Below the pieces are notes generated by a model, which was not told the origin of the DNA, made no database searches, and was given only the letters and a program-made list of their open reading frames with translations. Shown here piece by piece: positions 55,960 through 62,851 of a stretch of DNA of 64,000 nucleotides (its first letter is position 1; every line of letters starts with the position of its first letter). The DNA comes from a virus. A program made the position numbers and the translations under genes. The stretch lies in IMG/VR virus record IMGVR_UViG_3300033075_000468. The stretch is one strand, 5' to 3'.

Positions 55960-56382
55960 ATGAGAGATACAGAGCTTTTTAGAGACGTTGCACAATATAT
56001 TCGAGATTATCCTAATGAATATGCTCAGGAATATTGGGCATACGTTGATGAAGATTCATGCTGCACTTACCGCTGTATTCTTGGTACTGGAATTCATTTA
56101 AAGGGTCTTTCTAGAGAATGCTTCGAAAGAAGTGGAGACGGAGAAGTTACCTTCAAGACAGGATTCCTTCCTTTTGTTGATGGTGCTGCAATATTTGGTA
56201 TCTCGAAAGAAGAAGCGAACTTCTTGTTCCACGGGGCTTGGCGTCCCGCTCATGGTCTAGAGGTTGCAGAGGCTCTTGAAAAGCTTGCTGCTGGTGCCCA
56301 TATCAAAGATGTTACTGATATGAGAGGCGAATACTTCGGGGCTGCTGAGGATCTTCGCCCCGAAGAGTCTACGCACTTCTAA
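55960..56382 (+). CDS. Hypothetical protein.
   Basis: ORF of 140 aa with AAAGGAG 6 nt upstream of the ATG. Confidence 0.45.
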   Translation: MRDTELFRDVAQYIRDYPNEYAQEYWAYVDEDSCCTYRCILGTGIHLKGLSRECFERSGDGEVTFKTGFLPFVDGAAIFGISKEEANFLFHGAWRPAHGLEVAEALEKLAAGAHIKDVTDMRGEYFGAAEDLRPEESTHF

Positions 56383-56389
56383 AGGTGTT

Positions 56390-56462
56390 GTCTGCGTAGC
56401 CCAACGGCAGAGGCAACGGACTTAAAATCCGCAAAGTGTGGGTTCGAATCCCACCGTAGACA
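56390..56462 (+). tRNA. Class I tRNA with anticodon TAA (decodes Leu UUA/UUG) and a short variable arm.
   Basis: Hand fold: gtctgcg-ta-gccc-aacggcag-aggc-a-acgga-cttaaaa-tccgc-aaagt-gtggg-ttcgaat-cccac-cgtagac-a. Its anticodon stem is identical to that of tRNA-Arg(TCT) at 53417. Confidence 0.6.
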
Positions 56463-56466
56463 CAGT

Positions 56467-56775
56467 ATGGAATCAAAGTGCGTGCAATACGGATTACCTA
56501 CTGATTACTTCTTCCCGATACCTTTTTCGGGGCGACCAAAAAAGGGAGCAGAAAACAACACTCATGTAGTGCAGTCAGAAATTGCAAAGTTCTGCAACGG
56601 CACAAATGATGGAATAGTTTGTCAGTACAAACAACAATGTTTTGAAATGGGGTTGCACAACAATGAACCAGGCGTTTGGGGAGGAACAACCGAAGCGGAG
56701 AGGGACGTATTTAGATCGAAAATCCGCAAAGGTAATACCATTTCCTACCAACTACCAACCGAAGAAACGGGTTGA
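56467..56775 (+). CDS. WhiB-like (Wbl) protein, divergent.
   Basis: It has PTDYFFP, a Cys cluster C..C-x5-C, and the G[VI]WGG signature (PGVWGGTTEAER). Confidence 0.5.
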   Translation: MESKCVQYGLPTDYFFPIPFSGRPKKGAENNTHVVQSEIAKFCNGTNDGIVCQYKQQCFEMGLHNNEPGVWGGTTEAERDVFRSKIRKGNTISYQLPTEETG

Positions 56776-56858
56776 TTGGGTTGGTGGCTTTCTGATTGCA
56801 TTTGGTGTTATCGAAGTTACTGTGATATATCTTCTTATTAAAAGGTTTAGTTAGTCTC

Positions 56859-56929
56859 GGTCCATTAGTTTATTGGTAAAATCTCGGATTTTCACTCCGA
56901 AGAAGAGAGTTCGATTCTCTCATGGACTA
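56859..56929 (+). tRNA. tRNA-Glu(TTC).
   Basis: Hand fold: ggtccat-ta-gttt-attggta-aaat-c-tcgga-ttttcac-tccga-agaa-gagag-ttcgatt-ctctc-atggact-a. Confidence 0.85.
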
Positions 56930-56953
56930 CTCCTTAGAACAAAGGAAAACAAC

Positions 56954-57097
56954 ATGCAGGTTTCTGATGCCAGAATGAGAGAGATGGGCAAGGATCTTTA
57001 TGCGGTGTCGAGAGATACCACGGTTCCTGAACATCTTCGTCAAAGAGCAGCGGGTCATAGCCAGTTCATCTATGATAAGCTGCATGAGAATAAGTAA
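56954..57097 (+). CDS. Hypothetical small protein.
   Basis: ORF MQVSDARMREMGKDLYAVS..., 47 aa, with AAGGAAA 7 nt upstream of the ATG. The track ORF started inside tRNA-Glu. Confidence 0.3.
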   Translation: MQVSDARMREMGKDLYAVSRDTTVPEHLRQRAAGHSQFIYDKLHENK

Positions 57098-57104
57098 GTA
57101 ATCA

Positions 57105-57165
57105 GGAGAGTTGGCAGAGCGGACTATTGCACTGGTCTTGCTATGTAATAGACGCCAGTATAGTC
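57105..57165 (+). pseudogene. 5-prime fragment of a tRNA-Ser-like gene (acceptor 5-prime strand, D-arm, start of anticodon arm) that continues into a long hairpin.
   Basis: The sequence ggagagttggcagagcggactattgca matches 19 of the first 20 nt of the intact tRNA-Ser at 57532 (ggagagatggcagagcggccaaatgcg). No T-arm or 3-prime acceptor follows, and the nuclease gene starts at 57173. Confidence 0.4.
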
Positions 57166-57172
57166 TACTGGT

Positions 57173-57526
57173 ATGGACTCCCGTACAAAGCTGGGGAGCC
57201 TAGCAGAACTAAAGGTAGCTGCTGAACTATTATCACAAGACTACGAAGTATTCGTTGGTTGGGGTGGGAAAACCACATGTGATTTAGTCGCCATCAAAGA
57301 CTCAGAAATATTGAGAGTTCAGGTCAAAGGAACTGGAACACAAAGTAAGTCTGGAAAATGGATAACGCAACTCAAGTCAGTTAGGTCAAACAGAACAAAG
57401 AACGTTATATATCCTTTCGATTCAACATTGTGTGAAATCGTAGGAATCTATATAGCACCAGAAGATAGAGTAGTTATATTAAGCTCGGAAGAGCTACATG
57501 GTAAAAGTGAAATAAGAATAACATAA
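57173..57526 (+). CDS. PD-(D/E)xK nuclease, Hjc or restriction-endonuclease-like.
   Basis: [30 protein letters not shown] fits the Hjc-type E..D-x-[VI]..K nuclease core. The gene is sandwiched between the tRNA-Ser 5-prime fragment and the intact tRNA-Ser. Confidence 0.55.
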   Translation: MDSRTKLGSLAELKVAAELLSQDYEVFVGWGGKTTCDLVAIKDSEILRVQVKGTGTQSKSGKWITQLKSVRSNRTKNVIYPFDSTLCEIVGIYIAPEDRVVILSSEELHGKSEIRIT

Positions 57527-57531
57527 TACTT

Positions 57532-57616
57532 GGAGAGATGGCAGAGCGGCCAAATGCGAGCGCCTTGAAAGCGCTAGACTCGAAAGGGTCCGGGGGTTCA
57601 AATCCCTCTCTCTCCG
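57532..57616 (+). tRNA. tRNA-Ser(TGA), class II.
   Basis: Hand fold: ggagaga-tg-gca-gagcggccaaa-tgc-g-agcgc-cttgaaa-gcgct-agactcgaaagggtcc-ggggg-ttcaaat-ccctc-tctctcc-g, 85 nt. Confidence 0.85.
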
Positions 57617-57677
57617 CTGCACATAATAACCGGCCATGACTAGAAAGATGGGCTACCTAAAGGGGTATGTCTGCTAG

Positions 57678-58235
57678 TTGGGGCACGACGAAAGGAATAC
57701 TGTGCTTACACAAGAAATCATTGAACATATGAAGGAATTCTGCCTTAATGAAGATAAGATGCTTTGGCAGATGGGCGACTATCTTAATGAGCACAAGCTG
57801 ACAGACGAGGAAATTGAAAAGCTTGCTGATATCGTTCAGCGCAAAGCTTCTACACTTCGTCAGCGTGAAATGGTGGCAAGAGAATTCCAGCCAGAAGTTC
57901 GTAACTATAATCATGCATGGTCAGTTTATAAAGAACTAATGAGAGTTAAGGGGAAGGATTCCCGCCAAGAACTTCTAGATGGTAGAAATGAATGGACTGT
58001 TGACTCTATGAAGTCGGCAGTAAATGATTTCATTTCATCACAACCTAGTGATGGTTCGGGGCGTAATAGAATAGGTACACCGTTAGGTGGTGCAAGTGCA
58101 GGCATGAGAATTGGCAATATTCTCATTCGTGGCACTGAGCAGAATGGTGAATTAACAATCACCATTGATAAACCATTATCTGATATTCAAACCCTTTCAG
58201 GAAAGCAGTCCACCACTATCATCTGTCATGTCTGA
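57678..58235 (+). CDS. Hypothetical protein. The ORF-track start is a TTG; a GTG at 57702 with AAAGGA upstream is more likely.
   Basis: ORF of about 177-185 aa. Confidence 0.4.
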   Translation: MGHDERNTVLTQEIIEHMKEFCLNEDKMLWQMGDYLNEHKLTDEEIEKLADIVQRKASTLRQREMVAREFQPEVRNYNHAWSVYKELMRVKGKDSRQELLDGRNEWTVDSMKSAVNDFISSQPSDGSGRNRIGTPLGGASAGMRIGNILIRGTEQNGELTITIDKPLSDIQTLSGKQSTTIICHV

Positions 58236-58662
58236 TCATTTCAGTAGCCTAGTAAGAAGTAGAAGGCTTGAATTAGGGCTGACTCAGATAGAATTATCTA
58301 GACAGATGGGTGTGTCTAAAAGTGTTATTGCTAAAATGGAGCAAGGGTTAACTCGTTCTATTTTATCCACCAGAATTCATTTTTTTACTAATCCACCACT
58401 TCTATTTTCTAGAGAAATTGTTGAATCTTGGTGCAGCACTAATAGAGAGTGTTCAATAAAAGGTTGTTCAAAGCCAGCAGAAAAACGTACCGTATGTGGA
58501 ATGCATTACCGCAGATGGCAAAGAGATGGAGATTTGCGTGGGGCAGATAGAGAACGGCCCTCATATGTAGACTCAATCTGCTTGATTGTCGGATGCGGTC
58601 TTAAACCTCATGGGCAAGGGTTATGCGATAAGCACTACATGCAATTCTTAAGAAGTCGATAA
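58228..58662 (+). CDS. HTH (XRE-like) DNA-binding domain fused to a duplicated actinophage-type HNH-like Zn motif.
   Basis: It has LGLTQIELSRQMGVSKSVIAKME (HTH) and two copies of C-x4-GC...[GR]-x-[GV]-x-C-x2-HY-x-[RQ][WF]. The start is trimmed to the internal Met after the overlap. Confidence 0.5.
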   Translation: MSDHFSSLVRSRRLELGLTQIELSRQMGVSKSVIAKMEQGLTRSILSTRIHFFTNPPLLFSREIVESWCSTNRECSIKGCSKPAEKRTVCGMHYRRWQRDGDLRGADRERPSYVDSICLIVGCGLKPHGQGLCDKHYMQFLRSR

Positions 58663-58670
58663 GTAAGGTA

Positions 58671-58749
58671 GGAGGGTATGGCATTGGTTGCACTGGTGAA
58701 AACCAGCGGGTGCTTCGGTGCCCCCAGGGTTCGAATCCCTGGCTCTCCG
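58671..58749 (+). ncRNA. Anticodon-less tRNA-like RNA: tRNA acceptor and T-arm combined with two tetraloop hairpins.
   Basis: It reads ggagggt-at-g-gca-ttggt-tgc-a-[ctggt-GAAA-accag]-c-[gggtgc-TTCG-gtgccc]-c-caggg-ttcgaat-ccctg-gctctcc-g. The acceptor pairs over 7 positions (two G-U). The anticodon position is a GNRA-capped hairpin and the variable position a UUCG-capped hairpin. Confidence 0.45.
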
Positions 58750-58860
58750 CAAACGCATACATGACGGTAGTATGCGGGGAACAAACAAGTCCTAAAATCC
58801 GAAGGCGACACGCACGTGCAATCTGACTGTCGTAAACCAGTAACTTGTTTGTTCCCACCA

Positions 58861-58935
58861 GGCCCATTAGCTCAGTCTGGTTAGAGCACCGGCTTGTCAC
58901 GCCGAAGGTCGCCGGTTCAAATCCGGCATGGGTCG
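58861..58935 (+). tRNA. tRNA-Asp(GTC).
   Basis: Hand fold: ggcccat-ta-gctc-agtctggtta-gagc-a-ccggc-ttgtcac-gccga-aggtc-gccgg-ttcaaat-ccggc-atgggtc-g. Confidence 0.85.
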
Positions 58936-59094
58936 CAATGCACAAGTGGAGTGCTCATAGCGCATGTGATGATAAAGGAAGGCATTCCTCATCCCCGCAG
59001 ATTGGATATTGGTAGATATTTCCAGCAGTGCTACCACACTGAAAGCTGGACCCCACTTGTGCAGTTTCTTACACCTTCAAAAAGGAAAGAGATA

Positions 59095-59373
59095 ATGTCA
59101 AGTTGGTATGACGAAGCAGCCTGTAAGGGAATGGACCCTGAATTGTTCTTCCCGCAAACTAAAGGCATCGTCTCTCACTTCAAAGACCTTAGAAGGAGAT
59201 GTGAAAACTGCACAGTAAGAGATGAGTGTGAAGATCAAGTTATCTCAGAACTCGTCTTCTGTGTAAACATTAGAGAACATAAAGTCGGATTTCGGGCGGG
59301 CATGTCTGAAAAGCGGCTTAAGAATATAGCAATTTCTATCCGCAAGGACAGAGCAAAAGAAAGAGCAGCATGA
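59095..59373 (+). CDS. whiB: WhiB family protein.
   Basis: It has WYDEAACKGMDPELFFP...RCENCTVRDEC, matching the canonical WhiB N-terminus and C-x2-C-x5-C pattern. The start is trimmed, because the track ORF began inside tRNA-Asp. Confidence 0.75.
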   Translation: MSSWYDEAACKGMDPELFFPQTKGIVSHFKDLRRRCENCTVRDECEDQVISELVFCVNIREHKVGFRAGMSEKRLKNIAISIRKDRAKERAA

Positions 59374-59942
59374 AGAAAATCAAATATGTGTTTGTGGCTC
59401 TCGCCGCAGTAATTGGATTACTATTAGTTACTGAACAAGCTGACGCACATCACCCCGAGATTACTGCTGAAGCTGACTGTTCAAATGGGCCTACTTCTGT
59501 TGTTGTGGCTCATGCTGAAGCTTGGCAAACTGACAGTGCAGACCATAGATACAACGACAATATACAAATTGCGTATCGTATTGTTGGCGCTGCAACTGGT
59601 GCTACTGGCGCTAACTTTATCCCGGTGGGGAACGGCAAATTTCTCCCCGCCAACGGCTATAAGTTCTCGCTTGCATTCAGTGTGCCATCATCTGCCAAAC
59701 AAATTGTTGTCAGAGCTACAGCATTGTCAAGTTGGGGACCGAATCAAGAATTCCAGGGTGACTCTGACTTCAGAGAAGTTACAGTTGATCTTCCCCTGAA
59801 TTGTAATGACGTGGTGGAAACCACCACTACTGCCCCTACATCAAATACCGTGGAGAAACAAACAACTACCACTATTACGATTGCATCAACAACTATTCCT
59901 CCCGCAGACACAATTATCCGTCAACCTAGATTCACAGGGTGA
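59370..59942 (+). CDS. Secreted protein with a signal peptide and a Thr-rich C-terminus.
   Basis: It begins MKKIKYVFVALAAVIGLLLVTEQADA and ends in a TTTAPTSNTVEKQTTTTITIASTTIPP linker. Confidence 0.5.
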   Translation: MKKIKYVFVALAAVIGLLLVTEQADAHHPEITAEADCSNGPTSVVVAHAEAWQTDSADHRYNDNIQIAYRIVGAATGATGANFIPVGNGKFLPANGYKFSLAFSVPSSAKQIVVRATALSSWGPNQEFQGDSDFREVTVDLPLNCNDVVETTTTAPTSNTVEKQTTTTITIASTTIPPADTIIRQPRFTG

Positions 59943-59945
59943 TAA

Positions 59946-60932
59946 ATGTTTTTCTTCTTTATTCTGGCAGTCATAGCATTGCTCATTTCGTGGGTGATGC
60001 TGGGCTTCTCATTCCTCACGAAGAATGCTGCTGAGAAAAAGTCATCATTTGCTGGCTCTTTCGTGGTGTTCTTCATAGCACTGGTGCTTGGATTCATTTC
60101 ATGCATCAGAATTGTTCCTGCTAATAGCGTCGGCATTCCTGTGACGTTTGGCTCAATTGGAAAGTCAGTTGATTCAGGGTTCCACCTGACTTCTCCGTTT
60201 ACGAAGATTCATACCTTCTCAACTCGGCTTCAAGAGTCGTCAATGATTGGTGATCCCACTGAAGGTGATCGCAAGACTGATGATGCGGTTGATGTTCGTG
60301 GTTCAGATGAAGGTGTTGTGTATCTTGATGTTACCATTAGATATACGGTTTCTGAAGGAACGGCTTCAGAGCTTTTCAAGCGCACGGGTTCGATGGAAGG
60401 TATTCGGGAGAAGATCATTCGCCCCGATGCTCGTTCCATTCTGAGAGATGTGTCGAAGAACTTCATTTCATCTGATCTTGTTGCTGCTAAGCGTAGCGAT
60501 GTTGAAAAGCAGGCTTCTGATATTCTAAAGCAGAGAATGAAGGATGCCTACGGCATCAACATTGACGCTGTGCTTTTGCGTGGTGTTAGACCTTCTGATC
60601 AAGTGGAGAAGGCTATCCAGGCTAAGCTTACTAAGCAACAGGAAGTTGAGCAGGCACTTCTGCAACAGCAGAAAGAGTCAACTGAAGCTGATACCCGTAA
60701 GAAGGTTGCTGCTACAGATGCCGAAACTGCTAAGACTGCTGCTCAAGGTAAGGCTGATGCTGCCCGCATTGAAGCACAGGGTACTGCTGATGCAAACGCT
60801 AAACTTTCTCAGTCTCTTACTCCCGAGATTCTACAGAAGTTGAAGACTGAAGCGCTCAAGAATGGCACGGTGTATGTCGTGCCGGATGGAGCTAACTTCA
60901 TTCTTGGGGATCTGACTACCGCTAAGAAGTAG
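59946..60932 (+). CDS. SPFH/band-7 (stomatin/prohibitin-like) membrane protein.
   Basis: N-terminal transmembrane segment followed by an SPFH-like core (VPANSVGIPVTFGSIGK...YLDVTIRYTV) and a C-terminal Ala/Lys/Glu coiled coil. Confidence 0.7.
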   Translation: MFFFFILAVIALLISWVMLGFSFLTKNAAEKKSSFAGSFVVFFIALVLGFISCIRIVPANSVGIPVTFGSIGKSVDSGFHLTSPFTKIHTFSTRLQESSMIGDPTEGDRKTDDAVDVRGSDEGVVYLDVTIRYTVSEGTASELFKRTGSMEGIREKIIRPDARSILRDVSKNFISSDLVAAKRSDVEKQASDILKQRMKDAYGINIDAVLLRGVRPSDQVEKAIQAKLTKQQEVEQALLQQQKESTEADTRKKVAATDAETAKTAAQGKADAARIEAQGTADANAKLSQSLTPEILQKLKTEALKNGTVYVVPDGANFILGDLTTAKK

Positions 60933-60945
60933 TCTAAAAGCTAAT

Positions 60946-61281
60946 ATGAATAGTGAACAATTACATTGGGTAGCAGGCTTGCTTGAGGGCGAAGGCTGCT
61001 TTCAGATAACAAAAACATCTCCTAAAAAAGATGGCAGTGAAGTTTATAGCCACCTTTCAGTAACAGTAAATATGGGAGATGAAGATATTGTTAGGAGATT
61101 AAAGGAATATATAGGATATGGCAATATTCAAGGGCCATATCTTCCTAAAAAATCTCACTGGACACCAATGTGGCGGTTTGCTGTTCAGAAAGATAGTGAC
61201 GCTAGGAAACTAATGCAAGATGTTCTTCCGCTGATGGGGAAGAGACGTTCAGCCAAAATAAAAGAACTTCTTGATTCTTAG
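60946..61281 (+). CDS. Free-standing LAGLIDADG homing endonuclease (single-motif type).
   Basis: It carries WVAGLLEGEGCF, a LAGLIDADG block, and is 111 aa. It lies immediately upstream of tRNA-His. Confidence 0.7.
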   Translation: MNSEQLHWVAGLLEGEGCFQITKTSPKKDGSEVYSHLSVTVNMGDEDIVRRLKEYIGYGNIQGPYLPKKSHWTPMWRFAVQKDSDARKLMQDVLPLMGKRRSAKIKELLDS

Positions 61282-61298
61282 CGTATTTGTGGCCGTAG

Positions 61299-61369
61299 CT
61301 CAATGGTAGAGCAGTGGTTTGTGGTACCACGTATGACGGTTCGACTCCGTTCGGTCACCCTATGAAAAC
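61299..61369 (+). tRNA. tRNA-His(GTG).
   Basis: Hand fold: gtggccg-ta-gctc-aatggta-gagc-a-gtggt-ttgtggt-accac-gtat-gacgg-ttcgact-ccgtt-cggtcac-c. It has a C73 discriminator, and position -1 is T rather than G. Confidence 0.8.
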
Positions 61370-61371
61370 AA

Positions 61372-61511
61372 CAGATATCTTCGATAAGTGTACATGTCGT
61401 TGTCATAATGATGCACCAGGGATGCATAGACAACATATAGCTGCATGTTGTTGCCCACATAGATATCGTGCTAGGTGTCCGGAGGGTTGTCATGGCACGG
61501 GGAACGAATAA
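61372..61511 (+). CDS. Small Cys/His-rich protein.
   Basis: ORF MKTTDIFDKCTCRCHNDAPGMHRQH...; the track ORF started inside tRNA-His. Confidence 0.3.
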
Positions 61512-61656
61512 CAACGGTCCATTTGAAACATGCGGACATTGTAAAGGTTCAGGACTAGAAGATGGATTCTATGGTCCTAGAGATTGCAGTGTTTGTTATG
61601 GTAACTGCGTTGTTATGAAAAGAGATAACAAAGGTAGATTCACAAAATCTGAATAA
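61492..61656 (+). CDS. Small Zn-ribbon protein.
   Basis: ORF MARGTNNNGPFETCGHCKGSG...CSVCYGNC; it overlaps the upstream small ORF. Confidence 0.3.
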   Translation: MARGTNNNGPFETCGHCKGSGLEDGFYGPRDCSVCYGNCVVMKRDNKGRFTKSE

Positions 61657-61662
61657 AGATTT

Positions 61663-61734
61663 GGGCCTCAAGCTTTTACGGTGAAGCTCCAGACTTTTAA
61701 TCTGGCGAACTGAGTTCAAGTCTCAGGGGGCCTA
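61663..61734 (+). tRNA. tRNA-Lys(TTT).
   Basis: Hand fold: gggcctc-aa-gctt-ttacggtg-aagc-t-ccaga-cttttaa-tctgg-cgaa-ctgag-ttcaagt-ctcag-ggggcct-a. The acceptor includes two G-U pairs. Confidence 0.75.
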
Positions 61735-61777
61735 CTTTTTAATCCGCCGGTCGTGGGTTCGACCCCCACCGCCCCTA
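61735..61777 (+). pseudogene. tRNA 3-prime half (from the anticodon-stem 3-prime strand onward) fused directly after tRNA-Lys.
   Basis: It reads ctttttaa-tccgc-cggtc-gtggg-ttcgacc-cccac-cgcccct-a. The tccgc strand and gtggg..cccac T-arm resemble the 56390 tRNA, and the acceptor end cgcccct-a is identical to the fragment at 55905. Confidence 0.4.
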
Positions 61778-61818
61778 CAAAAATTCGGACTGTCACACCC
61801 CTTGGGTATAATGGAGCC

Positions 61819-62829
61819 ATGACAACACAAAATTACATAAACCACATTGCACTCGTACTAGACGAATCAGGCTCTATGTCTGGTCTGTCAGATAAAGTCG
61901 TTAAGGTCGCAGATAATCTCATTTCATATTTAGCACAAAGATCAAAGGAACTAGATCAGGAGACAAGAGTCTCGGTCTATACCTTCAACAACACAATCAA
62001 ATGCATCATCTTCGATAAAGATGTGCTACGACTTCCCTCACTAAGAGGTAAGTATAGACCGACAGGGCAGACAGCACTTATTGATGCTCTGTTGAAGTCA
62101 CAAGAGGATCTAGCAGATACATCAGAACTTTATGGTGATCATGCTTTCCTCACATATGTTATTACTGACGGTGGAGAGAACGCTTCTCGTAGATTCTCCC
62201 CCGCAGATGTTAGCCTAAAGATTAAGATGCTTCCTGAGCATTGGACAGTTGCTTGTCTGGTGCCTAATCAGCAGGGAGTGTTTGAGGCAAAGAAGTTCGG
62301 CTTCCCATCAAATAATATTGCGATTTGGGACGCAACAGTTCAAGGTCTAGATGTTGCTGAAACTGTTATTCGTACAGCAACCGAAAACTTTATGCAGGCC
62401 CGCTCAACTGGTACCTTCAGAGGCACTAAGGGCTTGTTCGACATGTCCTCCGCAACTCTTAACAAGGACACAGTTAAATCAGTTCTTAAGGAATTGAAGA
62501 ATGGTGAATACTTCATCTTCGAAGTTTTTGAAGGCTCGCCTGAGCAGATTTCAGATTTCGTTACGAGATGTGGACTGCAATACATTCCAGGCATGGCATA
62601 TTATCAACTGATGAAGTCTGAGACAATTCAGTCGTATAAGAAAGTTGCTATTGTCGAAAAATCAACAGGCAAGTGCTATTCAGGACAAAACGCTAGAGAC
62701 TTGTTGGGTCTGCCCAACTATGATATTCGTGTGCGTCCTCAAGATAACCCTGATTACTATGTCTTCATTCAGAGCACTTCTGTGAATAGAAAACTCAAGC
62801 CAAATACTAAGTTGCTGGTGCTCAAGTAA
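61819..62829 (+). CDS. von Willebrand factor A (vWA) domain protein.
   Basis: ALVLDESGSMSG (a DxSxS MIDAS motif) lies near the N-terminus. The start is trimmed to the ATG after the tRNA fragment. TATAAT at 61807-61812 sits immediately upstream. Confidence 0.65.
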   Translation: MTTQNYINHIALVLDESGSMSGLSDKVVKVADNLISYLAQRSKELDQETRVSVYTFNNTIKCIIFDKDVLRLPSLRGKYRPTGQTALIDALLKSQEDLADTSELYGDHAFLTYVITDGGENASRRFSPADVSLKIKMLPEHWTVACLVPNQQGVFEAKKFGFPSNNIAIWDATVQGLDVAETVIRTATENFMQARSTGTFRGTKGLFDMSSATLNKDTVKSVLKELKNGEYFIFEVFEGSPEQISDFVTRCGLQYIPGMAYYQLMKSETIQSYKKVAIVEKSTGKCYSGQNARDLLGLPNYDIRVRPQDNPDYYVFIQSTSVNRKLKPNTKLLVLK

Positions 62830-62851
62830 CGAGGCATGGTAAGCTTATAGA

